From Candidatus Nanopelagicales bacterium (lineage in GTDB: Bacteria > Actinomycetota > Actinomycetes > S36-B12), in the NCBI GenBank assembly GCA_040266055.1, contig JBDQFC010000006.1:28561-92560 (forward strand): a stretch of 64,000 nucleotides of DNA. The letters run 5' to 3'. This document shows, piece after piece, positions 63,049 to 64,000 of this stretch. The notes beneath the pieces are model-generated. The model was given only the letters and a program-made list of their open reading frames with translations. It did no database searches and was not told the DNA's origin. Every line of letters begins with the position of its first letter. The stretch's first letter is position 1. The translations under genes and the position numbers were made by a program.

Positions 63049-64000
63049 GTGACGTCTTCACCAAGCGTTCCCGGCTACTCGGACGCGGATACCGCGCGCC
63101 TGGTGACTGAGCCGATCAAGGAGGGTGTGCGCAGCCCGTTCTCGCGGGATCGTGCGCGTGTCCTGCACTCGGCAGGCCTACGGCGACTCGCAGCCAAGAC
63201 GCAGGTCATGGTGGCCGGTCAAGACGACTTCCCGCGCACGCGACTCACCCACACTCTCGAGGTGGCCCAGATCGCCCGCGAACTCGGTGAGGCACTGGGG
63301 TGCGATCCGGACGTCGTCGAAGTTGCCGGTCTTGCGCATGATCTCGGTCATCCACCCTTCGGACACAACGGCGAGGAAGAACTCAACCGTCTTGCCGACT
63401 CCATCGGGGGATTCGAGGGCAACGCGCAGACCCTGCGGGTTCTCACCAGGCTCGAAGCGAAGGTCTACGACGACTCCTTGGATCGCAGCGTCGGTTTGAA
63501 CCTCACACGCGCTTGTTTAGACGCCTCGTGCAAGTACCCGTGGGCACGTGGATTCGGTGGTCCCGGCTACGAACGCAAGTTCGGCTACTACGCCGACGAC
63601 GCCGACGTCTATTCGTGGGTCCGCGAAGGTGCGCCGGGGGAGCGGACTTGCTTAGAAGAGCAGGTGATGGACTGGAGTGACGACGTCGCCTACTCGGTCC
63701 ACGACGTCGAGGACGCGGTCCATGTCGGTCTTATCAAGGTGGATCTGTTCGACGATGATGAGGCGCGACGCGAGGTCGTGGATATCGCCCGTCGTCGGTA
63801 CCTGCCATCGGCCACAGATGATGAACTAGATGAGGCGATCACGCGGCTTACCAGCCTCGAGTATTGGCCCACCGAGTTCAACGGAACTCATCGAGACATG
63901 GTGAATCTGAAACGGTTCACGAGTTACCTGATCGGGCGTTTTTGTGTAACCGCTCAGATTGCAACGCAGATGGAGTTCGGTGATAAACCACTGACGCGAT
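63049..64000 (+). CDS. dgt: dGTP triphosphohydrolase-like HD-domain protein (5' part; runs off the window)
   Basis: Not in the track because there is no stop before the window end. GTG at 63049 follows an in-frame TAA at 63037. FSRDRARVLHSAGLRRLAAKTQV, RLTHTLEVAQIAR, GLAHDLGHPPFGH (HD motif). Confidence 0.85.
   Translation, partial: MTSSPSVPGYSDADTARLVTEPIKEGVRSPFSRDRARVLHSAGLRRLAAKTQVMVAGQDDFPRTRLTHTLEVAQIARELGEALGCDPDVVEVAGLAHDLGHPPFGHNGEEELNRLADSIGGFEGNAQTLRVLTRLEAKVYDDSLDRSVGLNLTRACLDASCKYPWARGFGGPGYERKFGYYADDADVYSWVREGAPGERTCLEEQVMDWSDDVAYSVHDVEDAVHVGLIKVDLFDDDEARREVVDIARRRYLPSATDDELDEAITRLTSLEYWPTEFNGTHRDMVNLKRFTSYLIGRFCVTAQIATQMEFGDKPLTR

Noticed and set aside
63125-63499. 124-aa plus-strand ORF listed in the track
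   Set aside because: It is out of frame within the dgt coding region, whose own frame shows the HD motif and stays open to the window end. dgt is missing from the track only because it has no stop in the window.

Overview
The window is a high-GC actinobacterial chromosomal core segment. GC was judged by eye, not computed. All calls rest on reading the ORF track and the raw sequence for motifs and synteny; no BLAST, HMM or folding was run.

Gene order, left to right:
- mreB-mreC-mreD-mrdA(PBP2)-rodA
- a translationally coupled radical-SAM/DUF2344-like pair
- rne, with a structured leader
- a MEKHLA-like protein
- rplU-rpmA-obg-proB-(unknown)-proA
- nadD-rsfS-histidine phosphatase
- tRNA-Ala(GGC)
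- a small accessory islet: atypical SDR, then a minus-strand EamA transporter, processive GT2 and chagasin-like inhibitor, then an SGNH hydrolase
- leuS
- comEA-comEC-holA, with rpsT convergent on the minus strand
- lepA-hemW
- a VapBC-type toxin-antitoxin (TA) pair inserted directly against the CIRCE operator of hrcA-dnaJ
- rsmE, HIT, and a chain of overlapping genes phoH-ybeY-CNNM/CorC-CDA-like-HAD-era
- an orphan antitoxin with a decayed PIN toxin
- DUF3291 and an AI-2E permease (minus strand)
- recO-uppS
- a large secreted Gln/Lys-rich unknown protein
- the minus-strand znuA-znuB-znuC-zur operon with a Zur box
- a membrane protein, an ABM-like protein and a short PRTase
- a Phd/YefM-VapC pair
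- glyQS, with a candidate leader switch
- an RCK-pore-RCK channel-like protein and an MFS exporter (minus strand)
- dus, ppdK, a secreted unknown, a DUF218 protein, and a dgt that runs off the window end

I saw no rRNA, CRISPR array, transposase, integrase or phage genes. Most long minus-strand ORFs in the track are antisense artefacts of high-GC coding sequence.

The items most worth follow-up are:
- the EamA-GT2-chagasin-like cluster beside tRNA-Ala
- the uncharacterised radical-SAM pair upstream of rne
- the TA/CIRCE junction
- the glyQS leader with mutually exclusive GCGC-core pairings and a T-box-like UGGA segment
- the channel-like protein with a degenerate selectivity filter
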